Shown in pieces: positions 1-11,773 of a stretch of 64,000 bases of DNA (position 1 is the stretch's first letter; each line of letters opens with the position of its first letter). The notes beneath the pieces are model-generated. The model did no database searches, was not told the DNA's origin, and was given only the letters and a program-made list of their open reading frames with translations. The translations under genes were made by a program, and so were the position numbers. This DNA comes from Camelus dromedarius (taxonomy: Eukaryota), in the NCBI RefSeq assembly GCF_036321535.1, contig NC_087437.1, positions 55,864,001 to 55,928,000 of the forward strand. Reading direction: 5' to 3'.

Positions 1-120
<120 letters not shown>

Positions 121-1166
121 TGAATCAACTTTTACTCTAGGGTCATTTTTTTGATTATCTGTGACAGTGAGAAAAGGGTGATGGAAGCTAGTGACATAAA
201 ACAGAGAGAATCCATTTTTTGAAAAATTAGGAACTTCTTCCCTCTACAATTCTGAACAGGTTAATAATGTGGCCTTCTTTACTTCCTCTTCACCTAATCA
301 AAGCTACTCTCCTAATAGAATGTTTCTTACCCTAAGTTTTTAAATTAATATGTACTTCATGATTTAAGAGTGATAAGATTATCCTAGACAACATGGCCAT
401 GTCAATTTAGGACTAAAATTCTGTCAGAAGGCATTCACAAAGCTGATAATACAACAGTTACAAAGAATGGCCTGTGATTTATTTTAGGGAGTGCTATAAA
501 GCAAGCCAGGCCAGCTAGGATCCTCAGTCATGTGTGAATGGCCAGAGACTTGGCCCAATTATTGTGTAAAAGCCTTGGTCGTTCCTCCAGGGAATATAAG
601 CCTTCTCACGCTCACTGAGGCACCCCTTTTTTAGACTATGGTTGCAGTCCATTGAATTCTTATCACCTTAGTTCTTTGCCATCCAGAGTGGCAGTGAAGT
701 TTTGGTGACCAATGTAGCCCTTGGTGCCATCTACACTGACAGGAGACACGGGTAAGCAAGGCCAGGAGATCGGACTGGGATTGAAATGAAAAACAGGTTT
801 GGGTGTGCCATGCCCACCGCCCTTCCTTCTCTGGGCCCTGAAAGTCAGGTCAGGGAATGAGACTGCTTACGGGTAGAATAGTCAGTGAGTCAGCTAAGAT
901 TCTCAGTGTCTTATTCCTCAGGCTACATATGGAAAGTGACATGTGGACGTTAAGCTAAACATTTTCCTGCTGTGCTAGATGTTCCAAAAGACCTAATGTG
1001 TTTTTAGCTGATGAGATAGGAACCACTGGAAAAGCTGTTTTTTAATGAAATTTCAGTTTGTACTAATGGAAGAGATACCCTGTAATCAGTTATACCTCAT
1101 ATGTAATGAAGAATTAGCCAATCTGAAGTGTCTAAAGAAAAAAAAATCTTAAAAAAGATTATTTCC

Positions 1167-1262
1167 TTTTTTTAACCTTTTTTTTAATGGAGGTCTGGGG
1201 ATTGAACCCAAGACCTCATGCATGCTAAGTATGTGCTCTACCACTGAGCTATACTGTCCCCC
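1167..1262 (-). mobile_element. tRNA-Ala-derived SINE (camelid Vic-1 type)
   Basis: Reverse complement GGGACAGTATAGCTCAGTGGTAGAGCACATACTTAGCATGCATGAGGTCTTGGGTTCAATCCCCAG has Pol III A and B boxes and an A tail. Confidence 0.8.
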
Positions 1263-1266
1263 ACAC

Positions 1267-1308
<42 letters not shown>

Positions 1309-1857
1309 CTCTTAATTTAACCTGAATTTGGTTGGTATTTGTGGAGCAGCAGAAGTGCTAGACCCTGAGCATTTAGAGATCAGTAGGTTACAATTCCTAC
1401 CTTCTGAGAGCGTGCCTTCTAGTGAGGAGACTTGACCAATGCAATAAAATAAATGCTTCAGTAAAGCTGGGCGTGATGCTGCAGGAGCATATAGGAAGGA
1501 TGGAAGACTTGGCCTGAAAGACTGAGGTCAGGAAAAGCTTCTCAGAGAATGTGATCCCAGAGCTGAGATGAGAAGGAGTTTACCCAACAAAAGCTGGAGG
1601 AAGTTTTTCCATTTCTGGATTCTGACAAACTCTGCCTCTCCTACCCGGGCAGGAGGCAGGGCTGAGGAAGGTGCAGTGCTACCTAGAGTGTGCAGTGTAA
1701 ACAGGCCCCCACTCTCGAGGCACAGGCAAGTGCCCTCCTTTCTCCACTTGCCTCTCTCTAGTGCTGGTCTTGCTTGGACTTTTTAAAGCTTTTAAGAGAC
1801 CGTCTTAAAGAGGGAAGCACATTTAACCCCTGCTGAAGACATGTATCCTCCCAGAGA

Positions 1858-2476
1858 CAGTTATTCTCATGATTTGTGGTACTTATGCTTTTTAAAGTCA
1901 CAGTGAACCCTGTGCTAGCAAATACAGACTCCTTTGCTCCTAGGGGAAAGACCTGATTAGGTTCCTGTGAGCTTCTGGTCATGTTTTTAGCAACTGATCA
2001 ATACATTACCTTGTTTCATGTGTGTTTCTGTTTAATGACACCTTATTTAATGTAGGCTGTGTTATCTAGACCATGGATTCATTAATGTTGAACTCAAGCC
2101 AGTGACTCATGGCCGAACTGAGCTTATCTAACATGTATTTTCTCCATAAGGCACATCACGGCCTTGTTGTACTTAGGAACACTAGATAACACCTCGGCTA
2201 CCCTTGGGAACCATGTTAAACAGCAAATTCACCAACAAAAAGTACAAAAAAGGTGACAAGTATGGCATTAAGTAGACTACAAGAAGGACACTTGTTTCCC
2301 GCAGGAAAGCGGGAATGTGCTGGGAATACCCACATTTGGTGACAGCTTTTTTGTGACTCTGCCCACGTCTGTGAGTGCCTGCAAGGCTGGCCAGTATTGG
2401 TTTTCATGATACTCATAAATGTGAACAAGTAGGTGAATTCATCCACTCACAATCCATGAATAATGAGGATTGACTG
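1858..2476 (+). mobile_element. MER82-like TcMar-Tigger DNA transposon, near full length
   Basis: Terminal inverted repeats CAGTTATTCTCATGATT... / ...AATAATGAGGATTGACTG followed by TA; the interior matches the recalled MER82 consensus (ttgctcctaggggaaa, aaggcacatcac, ttaggaacactaga). Confidence 0.8.
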
Positions 2477-2532
2477 TACGTCTGATGGTTCTTCATTTTT
2501 TTCCTTCTCTTTCCTTCTGCTCTTTTATGTAG

Positions 2533-2670
<138 letters not shown>

Positions 2671-4493
2671 TGAGTGTGTCCATGTGGCGTTTTAGGAGAT
2701 GTGAGAACGAGGAGTGTTCATTCAGGTCAGCAACAGGGTAATTGATGGGTGATGGAGAAGAGGAGCTTGTGAGACGGCAGAACTGGGTAGGTTCAGGTGA
2801 GCTGGTGTGGGGCACCTTTTCCAGTTTCAACAACCTTCTGTGTTTCTTATAACCTTCCCTTTGCGATGTTCTACCTGTATTCTGAAATATAGGGTATAGA
2901 ATCCTAACCATTTTAAGTGAATTACAGAAAAGACTCACACTAACAGAATTGGTTCTCTTCTCTCCCCTTGATTCATACAAATTCTACCAGTAATGGAATT
3001 TTGAGTGCACACTCTACTCTAGTAATAATGAGTCTGTTTAAAAACATGTACCCTCCTCTCATCCCAATGGATTCTCTTGTACCTCTCCTGGGATGCACAC
3101 AATACACTTTGGGGAAAACTGTTATAGACTAGGGATAGCACATAAGTTTTACTCCAAGTGACTTCTTTGAGTGCTGTGTTGAGGATTCAGAGTCCTGGTG
3201 CATGCTTACTGAGAAAACATCTGGTGCAGAAGGGCAAGGTGGCATCAGACTGCCATGTTTTAACATCCCTGTTCTAGGTCTTCGTCTTGCAATGCATGTT
3301 TACATAAGTAAAGCCAGATTTTGCAACCATATTAGAATATACATAAACCTATTTATGTTAATTTGTACCTTCTTTCTTAGATCTTTGATGGTGTTAATTG
3401 TTTTATGACTAACCAGAATAGAATAGCTCTTATGAAAAGAAGAGAAGTGGGGCAATCAGGGCTCCACTTATACTTACCCTTCTGTGGTTAAGAATATTTA
3501 GTTGTTCTCTTAAAAGCTGTTGTGTCTGTACTGGAAGTATTGCCCCAGTCTCTACAGATAAACATAAAATGTATACATTTTGGGCTCATTTGAGTAATTC
3601 AAGCATTTGACTTTACTCTTTAGGCAAAAAGAATTGAAGCCAAAACCATCTTGCCTAAGGCCAAGATTGTCTTTTACAATAGAAATGTTAATGAACAATA
3701 AATAATGGATTTTTTTTCTCACGTTATTAGCCGCTATAGAGTGATAGCTATAAAAAGTGTAATAGAGCAGGTTTGCTACTCTCTTTTAAATCAAAATAAA
3801 TGCAGTTGAGGTTGGACCGCATCTCTGATAGTCAGAAGGCATCTTCTGAGCACCTGCTGACTACAGGGTGTCAGGTAGGCAGCAGAGGGATAGAAAAGAA
3901 GTGTGCTCTCTCTTTAAAGAACTTTAGGCTCTTTGAGCAGTTAAGATCCTTTGGCTTGGAGTGAATCTCACCATTTACTTCTGGCAGGAAAGTTTTGCAG
4001 ATCATAATTATATGGTTTTATAGTAAGTCTGAGTGGAAAGTTTAATCACACAAGTTCCTTGGGGACACAGAGTACTCTGAAGGAGAATTAGAATTCAAGG
4101 TTAACAGAATTCCCATTGTCAATCCTATATATTTTTTAGGATATCAGATAGAGGTATATGAATATATTCTAGAGCAAACTGTGCAAACTGATTTAGGTCT
4201 TATAAACTAATATAACAGGAATCAAAGAAACAGACCTATAACATCATTTACAGACCCAGAGGGGATAAGTACCTTCTCCAAGATATGCACATCATGCTAT
4301 TAAGACATGCCCCCAGATCAATTCCAGTTCACTCTGGAAATGGTCAGCTTGGCCAAAATGACCTCAGAAGAACTACTCAGGAGCTTATCATGCTAAACTA
4401 GTTGCTCCATGATTTTCCGTCTTTTTTTCAGTTAACAGGAAAAGTTCTGTCAGTATTAAGTGATGTGGTTTGAAAGGTCTGACCCCTCTAGCA

Positions 4494-4800
4494 CAGGGGT
4501 TGGCAACCGTGTCTTCTGAGAAGCACCAGTGGTAAATGTCTTAGGCTTTCTGGTCCATATGGTCTCTTGCAACCACCCAGTTCTGCTGCCAAAACACAGA
4601 AGCAACCACAGACAATATGGAAACAAAGGAGAGAGGCTGTTACAATAAAGTTTTATTTTATGAACACTGAAATTTGAATTTCATATAATTTGCACATGGC
4701 ATGAAATATTCTTCTTCTTTTGAATTGTTTCCCACCTTTTCTAAATGTAAAAAGCATTCCTAGTGTATGGGTCAGATTTGGTCCATTCACTGTAGTTTGT
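4494..4800 (+). mobile_element. MER58B-like hAT-Charlie element
   Basis: Starts CAGGGGTTGGCAA and contains acactgaaatttgaatttcatataattt, typical of MER58B. Confidence 0.75.
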
Positions 4801-7800
4801 TCTAGATAAACAAGTGTCTCCATCATGTGTCTTGAGGCTCGTATTTTTTGATGGGAGTATTTGGAAATTAGTCTGTTTAAAGTAGAGAAGTATTAAAAGG
4901 TTTTGAGAAATCTTTTAAAGTGGCACTTCAGGATCTAACAAAACAAAAGCAGATCCCTTCTGTCTGAGAAAGTTAGGCATGCCCATCCAGACACAAAGTA
5001 TGGTTAAATCATCAGCTAAGACTGGAGTAGTTGACTTCATTCATGTAACGAACTTTTACTGAAGGGCTGCTACACAAAAACATCAAAAATAGAGATGAGA
5101 AAGTTGCAGTTCCTGCCTTCCCATTGTTTACAATTTGGTGGTGAATCTGTAACCAGAACACCTTTTGAATCTTAAGGAGGCTCTGGGAATTTATCTTCAG
5201 CATCATGGAAGTTAAAAGGACAATTTTAAACAGCTTCTCTAGATTGTACAATAAAAGGAATAGTTTTGTGTCACAGTTTTACAGACTTAACAAGCCAAGA
5301 CATCTGCTGGTTGGGGTCATATGTATTTGCTTGTTTACATGCTTCTCTTGAGGATACGTAGTCCTGTGTTCCTAGATGATGCGGCATCCAGTGCTTATAA
5401 CCTGTCTAGCCTAACCGGCTGGCATTGCTCTAAAGGGAAATTATTTTATTTATAATTCATATATCATAAAATAATCTATTTCATTGAAGAAGAAAATGGA
5501 TCTTAAAATTGTTTTTAAGATGCTCAAAAGATTTTAGAGACGTATTTTCACTTTTTTGCATGTGTGGTCACAGAGAAACGGAGAGGCATTAGTAGCCACA
5601 TAGTTCTCTGTGGTGTCCACTTATATGTATCATTGCATGGTTTTGAGTGGTTATCTCGCAGTGTGTAAGAGCTAACTTAAGCTGTGATAACTTGTGCATG
5701 GGAATATAACAGACTGCAAAATACAGACATTTCATCTAATTATGGCTTTGTTACATTATACATACATGGGTCTCCAATGATATACATCTGTATGAATCCT
5801 CCAGTTGCTGTATTCTTCAGCTGAGCTTTTTTCAGCTCTTTTATCATTATGCAAATCTCAAAAAAAAAAGCGTAATGACTAGACAAAAAAAAAAAAAAAA
5901 TGGAAGCCCAATTCCATGACCATCATTTGAAAAGAATACGTCAGCTTGGAAAATGTCTGTGATAGCCTGTGATTTCCTTCCCAAAGACTTAGTACCAATT
6001 TTATGCTGGTGAGGAATCAGTTTTGTGCTTTTCTTCATAGTATAAGAGGGAAAATTATTGGGAAGGGAATCTACTTTGTACAAAGTTGCAATACAGTATT
6101 TTAAGTTCAGTTGCTTCTGTTAGTTCCCCACTATGTGTTTTCTCTGTTTGCTTTTTACTGGTGCATGGTTTTCCTCTTTTAAAAATTCCTTCACAATTAC
6201 CTTCATGATCATAGGCTTTATGGAGGCTAAATTTTACACTGAGTTTTTGTGAATCAAATTGTTATAGATGTAAATAGGCTTTATACCATTTATAAAGAAA
6301 TTTGATTTTACTTAATTTGCTCACATTGGAATAAACATAGAGAGTTGTGTCCATGGGAGCCAGAATCTAGTTGGGGACAGATTGGACCCATTCTTGTCAC
6401 TACACAGCTTACCGCCCTATTTTCAAATGACATTAGCTCTTAAGACAGCTTTGCAGAAGCCACTTGCTTCTTTTTAGCAATCTTTTGACATGTGTACCTT
6501 AGCCCAGTACTATCTCTTTTTCATTTTTTTTCTAGAATTTATCCTTCTTCTTGGCTTTCATCCTGATCTGAGGCCAACTGTTAAAATTTTGCTTAGCCGA
6601 ACTCTTGCTTTCCTCTGGAGAATTATTTTTGAGTTTCTACAGGATGGATTTATTTTAATTTTAATACAAATATGTGACATCCTAAGGAACCTTTAGTGTT
6701 TCCTTCTCCTTTATAATCACTTGATGATTGTGGCTCATTAATAACATAGGTCAGAGAATATTAGAACAGAACATGGTCTTCAAGGCCTTTGTTCCAACCT
6801 CTTCCTACCACAGCTGGGGAAATGGAGGCCCAATGAACTACACTTGTGATTTCATGGCCAGTTCATAATAAAGCCAAAACTTGACTTAGAATTGGAAGCC
6901 ACAGCTGTTTATAATATTCTGGTCTGCTTCATTAGTTAAGAAAGTTATAATAATAAAACCAAAGCAAGCATTTATTCCCATTTTTGGGATCTGTATCAGT
7001 TTAGATTATTGTGTTAGTTGGTATCTACCCTTATAGTTTCAGTATAAAGTCTTGTCTTTTTAAGCTCATTTTCTTCAAGAATATTGATAATCTTTCCTCA
7101 GATTCATGTATCTGAGAGAGAAACAAGAAATATGTAGGGGCTATCAAGGTAAGAGAAAGCAGAAAACAAATCTTTCTTTAGCTCATTGATAGACATAATA
7201 AATGTTATATTTCTACGTTTGACTTAAAAATCCTCCACACTTCCAGAATATTTGTTTGACATCACCAGTTTCATAGATAAAAAACAGGTAAATATTAGCA
7301 ACTTTATGAGATTCAGCCTTATAGGTCATGGCCCTGCACAGGCTTTTATAGTTTACACAGTGTTAGTGTTGAACTTCACAGTGATGGTCGGAAGTTGTCA
7401 GGATAGAGATTTATTAGCTCTGAATTGGTATTGAGGAAATAAAACTCAGATTCATTAAATTCAGATAGATTAAATCACTCTTCTATGTCCTCACATCTCA
7501 CTGCAGAACTTGTCTCAGTTCTGAGTCTCCCAAGCCCCCGGTCCAGACACTTTTTATCATAACTGAAACGTGATTTCTGCACCTTGTCTCATTCAGCCCT
7601 TGCTCTGAGAGACGCCACAAGATGTAATATCCAAACGAGAAGTCAAAGCCATTGTTCTTTAGTTGACAATAAATTGCTTCCCTACTAATTTGTATTCTGG
7701 CATATTCTTCAAGATGATGCCACTTCTTGCTGGTGAGATGGTTTGCTTAATCCCAGCCCCGACCAAGTAAAAATGGCTTTGTTCCTTCGCAGGGAGTAAC

Positions 7801-8312
7801 CAAGTGTAATTGATTCAAAAGCCACCTGGGAAACAATTCCTAAACAGTTTGTGGGGTTGTGCAAACCTTAGCAAAACAAAAGGATTTGTTCCTGGCATCC
7901 CTGTGGCATAATTGATTTATTAATTATGCAGATGTTGCTGTCATGAGTTTGATACGTGCCTTTATAGGCCAAGTTTGTGACTGAAGGGATTAAGATATTT
8001 ACCCATCTCAGTCTGGGCACATGCAAAATGCTCATTAATGGTTCTTCACAAAGGCGTGATGGTGCAGCCCCCAGCCTGATAAGATCATATTTCTTCATCC
8101 TGCAGAGTTAGGCTAGATGGGAACAGTAATGAGGTATCATAATTGGGCAGATGACATTTTACAAACAATTGAAGTTAATTCTTGTCTCTGCATTCCTTTT
8201 GTCAATTAATTAAGTCCAATGTGCCAAACACTGTACTAAGCACCTTGACCTACCTTATTTCAGTAGTCCTCAACTGAATCACTGTGGAACTTGTTAAAAA
8301 AAAATTAAATCT

Positions 8313-8328
8313 ACACACACACACACAT

Positions 8329-8377
<49 letters not shown>
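8313..8377. repeat. (CA)n microsatellite inside a MER5-like fragment
   Basis: Direct reading. Confidence 0.9.
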
Positions 8378-8380
<3 letters not shown>

Positions 8381-8689
8381 GTCTGGGTCCCAGTCTCAGA
8401 AAGGATCTGTGGAAATTTTTTTTTTTTTAAGTTCTGTAGGTGATTCTAATAGTTCTGGATGACCACCACTGCCTCATCTCATTTCTTCTTCATAAAGCTC
8501 TTGAGAGTCATCTCTGAGTAGTTTTAAAGGAGGCTAGGGAGGAAAGAACACGAACAGCCCTACAGGCATTCTGGTCTGTCTGCACTGTGATCATGAAGGT
8601 AGGGGGATGTGCTTCTGTCTTCAGTTGGTTTGGACATGCAAAGTCCTGAGCCTTCATCTTCTCTTTTCTCTGGCCCTCCCCCCCTGCAG

Positions 8690-8804
8690 TCTCCTTTCAG
8701 CCTGCTTCAGGAACGAGCTTGTGGCACCCCGGAGAGGAGCCCCGAAGCAATCCGACGTCTTCTTTAGACATTCCAGCCCCCCAGACCGATCGGTGTGCCC
8801 GTAG
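8690..8804 (+). CDS. TP63: TP63 gamma-specific terminal exon (exon 10'), coding part
   Basis: Acceptor ccctgcag|T completes CA|T (His); reads HLLSACFRNELVAPRRGAPKQSDVFFRHSSPPDRSVCP*, the p63-gamma tail. Confidence 0.95.
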
Positions 8805-8835
8805 AGCCCCAGCTCTCCGTCTCTGTGTTTCTGGC

Positions 8836-8853
8836 GTGTGTGCTTGTAGTGTT

Positions 8854-8889
<36 letters not shown>

Positions 8890-8932
8890 CGCGTGTGCGT
8901 GCGTGCGTGCGTGTGCCTGAGTGCGTGAGTGT
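8836..8932. repeat. Compound (TG)n/(CG)/(TGCG)n alternating purine-pyrimidine tract in the gamma 3'UTR
   Basis: Direct reading. Confidence 0.9.
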
Positions 8933-10144
8933 ATCCAGCCCTCATAACCAGAACTTGAAGACGCTTTGGCTCAGAGACCCAACTGCTCAAAGGCACACAG
9001 CCACTAGTGGGAAAATCTTTGAAGGGACTCAAAACTACACAAGAAAGGACATTTTCTGCAGATTCTGTGTCCTGAGGTCTAACGTTGGTCAGTCAGGAAC
9101 CCCTTTTGTTTGTCTGTGAGCTTTTATGTTGTTTCTCAGGAGGCAGGAGCTCAGGTTGGGAAGAGGGGCATTAAGGTGTTGATTGGAACCCTTTTCTGTT
9201 ACCTTCTGTCGTGTTTCTAAAACTCATAGAGAAGCTTTTGAGCAGGTCTCAAACTTAAGATGCCTTTTTAAGAAAAGGAGAAAAAAGTTGTTACTGTCTG
9301 TGCAGAAGTAAATTGCAGGGGACTGAGAGACTCAGTCGGACCCTTTTAATGCTGGTCATGCAATGATACTGCAGATAGTAATCAACTAAGCTGTCAAGTG
9401 TACTGCTGGGCAGAGAGGTGATAATTACCATGAGTAGCCACTGTGGGCGATGGTTTTTTCTTCATTTTGAGAACTTGCATTATCAGTATCCTCCCCTCAA
9501 ATGTAGTAGGAAGCTCAGTAATGCTGAAGTTCAGGAAGTTCAGATCATGCCCCTGCCACCACATGTCATCATGTGATATGATAGTCTTCCTTGCCCCTGG
9601 AAACCCTGGAGACTGACCCCCCCCCCAAAAGTGCTATTTAGACCCCCAGGCAATTTTTGTCATTTTAATAGGAGGGTAGCACTACCCCGGTGATATTGTT
9701 CCAGTTGTACATCATTCTTCAATGCCCAAAACAGAGCTCGAAGTCCTCTCACCAGATCTATGATTAACTTGTTTGATTGGACCTCCTACCCCCAGTCCTC
9801 CCATACCATCAGCCGTGTTACTGACACTGCCCTAACTGCCTTGTCCAGGACACTTAGATTTTATTTAAGTGATGTCCGAGCAGATACATGTTCAAATCAA
9901 CACTCCTGGCCTAAAACTTAACGATAGAAAGAGTAGATGACTTTTTTTGGCTCAGAGAGTTTAGAGAATCTACTTATTTCCATTTAAAAATCATATTTTA
10001 AAATAATAGTATAAAGACTTAAAACACACCTCCTCCCCGCCCCCAGCCCCCACACCAGATCACCACCTCTTTATTCTGTGTCCCCACAGCAATGATTTCT
10101 TGTTATTGAGGCTGTCGCTTTATGGATGTGTGATTTTAATTTTC

Positions 10145-10150
10145 AATAAA
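10145..10150 (+). terminator. Poly(A) signal of TP63 gamma transcripts
   Basis: AATAAA in ttttcAATAAActtttgcatcttggtttatc, with U-rich sequence upstream and a T-rich downstream tract. Confidence 0.75.
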
Positions 10151-11732
10151 CTTTTGCATCTTGGTTTATCTTGGAGTTTCTCTTTTCTGTCTCTTTTGCT
10201 TTTCAGAATTCCTTAGGTGTTAGAATATTTTCATGTAGGTGCTTGAAACACCATGTGTAAGTCTGAAGAACAAGAATAATAAGTCACTTTGGTTCTGTCT
10301 ACACTATTGTCAGTATTTGGGGTTTTTATTTAAGATACTCTGTACCCAGGTCATCAGTCCTAAAAATAAATTTCAATGCCTACACGAACTTGCAAATATA
10401 TTTTAGCCCTGTGCATGTTTAATTTCATCAGGAAGAGCCAGGCACTATAGTATCGTTTGTCCAGGTCTCTGAACAAATCTTGAGTTATATCTTCAGTTGC
10501 CAAATCCACTAATAGAAATTTAAATCAAATCCAAATTTATTAAATAGTTTGGCTTATGCAACATAGGCATTAGGAAATATCCGGAATTCTGTAGTGGGAC
10601 CTATTATTGTCCAGTGCTTTTATTTTTTATTTTTTTAATTGCAGTATGTTCTGATCTTTGGGTAATTGTTTTTAAAAACTTCAAAAACAATTGCTCTAAA
10701 TAAAAATACTATAGTAGCTTAGAAAAATACTTAAGAAAAAACATGTTTATGTTTGAGATAAAAGTATAATAGTAAAATTAGATGATCTTGTTCCATTGGT
10801 ACAGTGTTTTCAATAATCTAATAGCTTTCTAATCCCTGTTTAAGAAATTTACAAATTTCTCAAATGGTTAGTTGAGTATGTTTAGTTTTCTAACATGTAC
10901 TTTTTCTTTTGGAAGTTTTTCTTTTTTTTCCTTTCACCCTATTCTTATGGACGTTTTTTAACATCATTCTAGTGATGTTTATGTAAATGCATGTATTTCA
11001 ACTGATAGAAAATATTTTCAATTACAGTTGATCTATCCAGAGAATAAATGCTGCCTTTTGTCTTTAGAAGCAAGATTCACCAGCTAGAGAGAAAAGTTAC
11101 AGGTGGGGCAGTACTGGGCAGAATTTAGAGGAGGAAACATTCCTTTCCTGGTGTTCCACGTCTTCTCTTTTTTTGACCTGCCTCACACTGGAGATGTTTC
11201 GCTCTACTCCAATATCCTTTTCCCCTCTTGGATTCTGCACTCCAGAATTGGTCTGGCAAAATAGATTTACCCTGAGCTATTGCCAGATTCTGCTAGAGAG
11301 TTGCTTTTTCACTAGCAATAGAAGATTTAAGACAAAAGAAGGAATTCTTTGGTGGAATTCTAGGCCTCTCTAGCAAAATGGAAAAGACAACTTTGAGTTT
11401 GTATCTTCTCAAGAATTTTGACTCTCCACCATGTAGGTGATCACTCGCCTCAAAATCAGGATCCCTCTTTTTCAATCCTGGGTGATCCTAAAGAGCTCTT
11501 ACAGCTCTGAGATCCTGCATTTTATTCTTAACAATGTGTACAGAAGTCTACCTTATTAGAGTTAAGAACTGGGACTCGACTTTACCAGGATTTCTCCTCA
11601 AAACTAGAAATACATGAAGCATGCCTCTTCTGTCTCTGTGTATTGGATTCCTAGAAAAATCTAGGATGCCTCTAGAGAAAACAACCAGAGACTTAGCACC
11701 ATGTCATTTACCTGGGGAGAACTATGGTCTTA

Positions 11733-11742
<10 letters not shown>

Positions 11743-11770
<28 letters not shown>
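11743..11770. repeat. (TG)n microsatellite
   Basis: Direct reading. Confidence 0.9.

Positions 11771-11773
<3 letters not shown>

Larger units (their letters stand above)
8805..10172 (+). other. TP63: TP63 gamma 3'UTR (3' end approximate)
   Basis: Runs from the gamma stop codon to AATAAA at 10145, followed by a T/GT-rich downstream element. Confidence 0.75.

Noticed and set aside
4281..4990. p53/p63 half-sites AGACATGCCC (4303-4312) and AGGCATGCCC (4975-4984) as autoregulatory elements
   Set aside because: They are single decamers without a properly spaced second half-site, as expected by chance.
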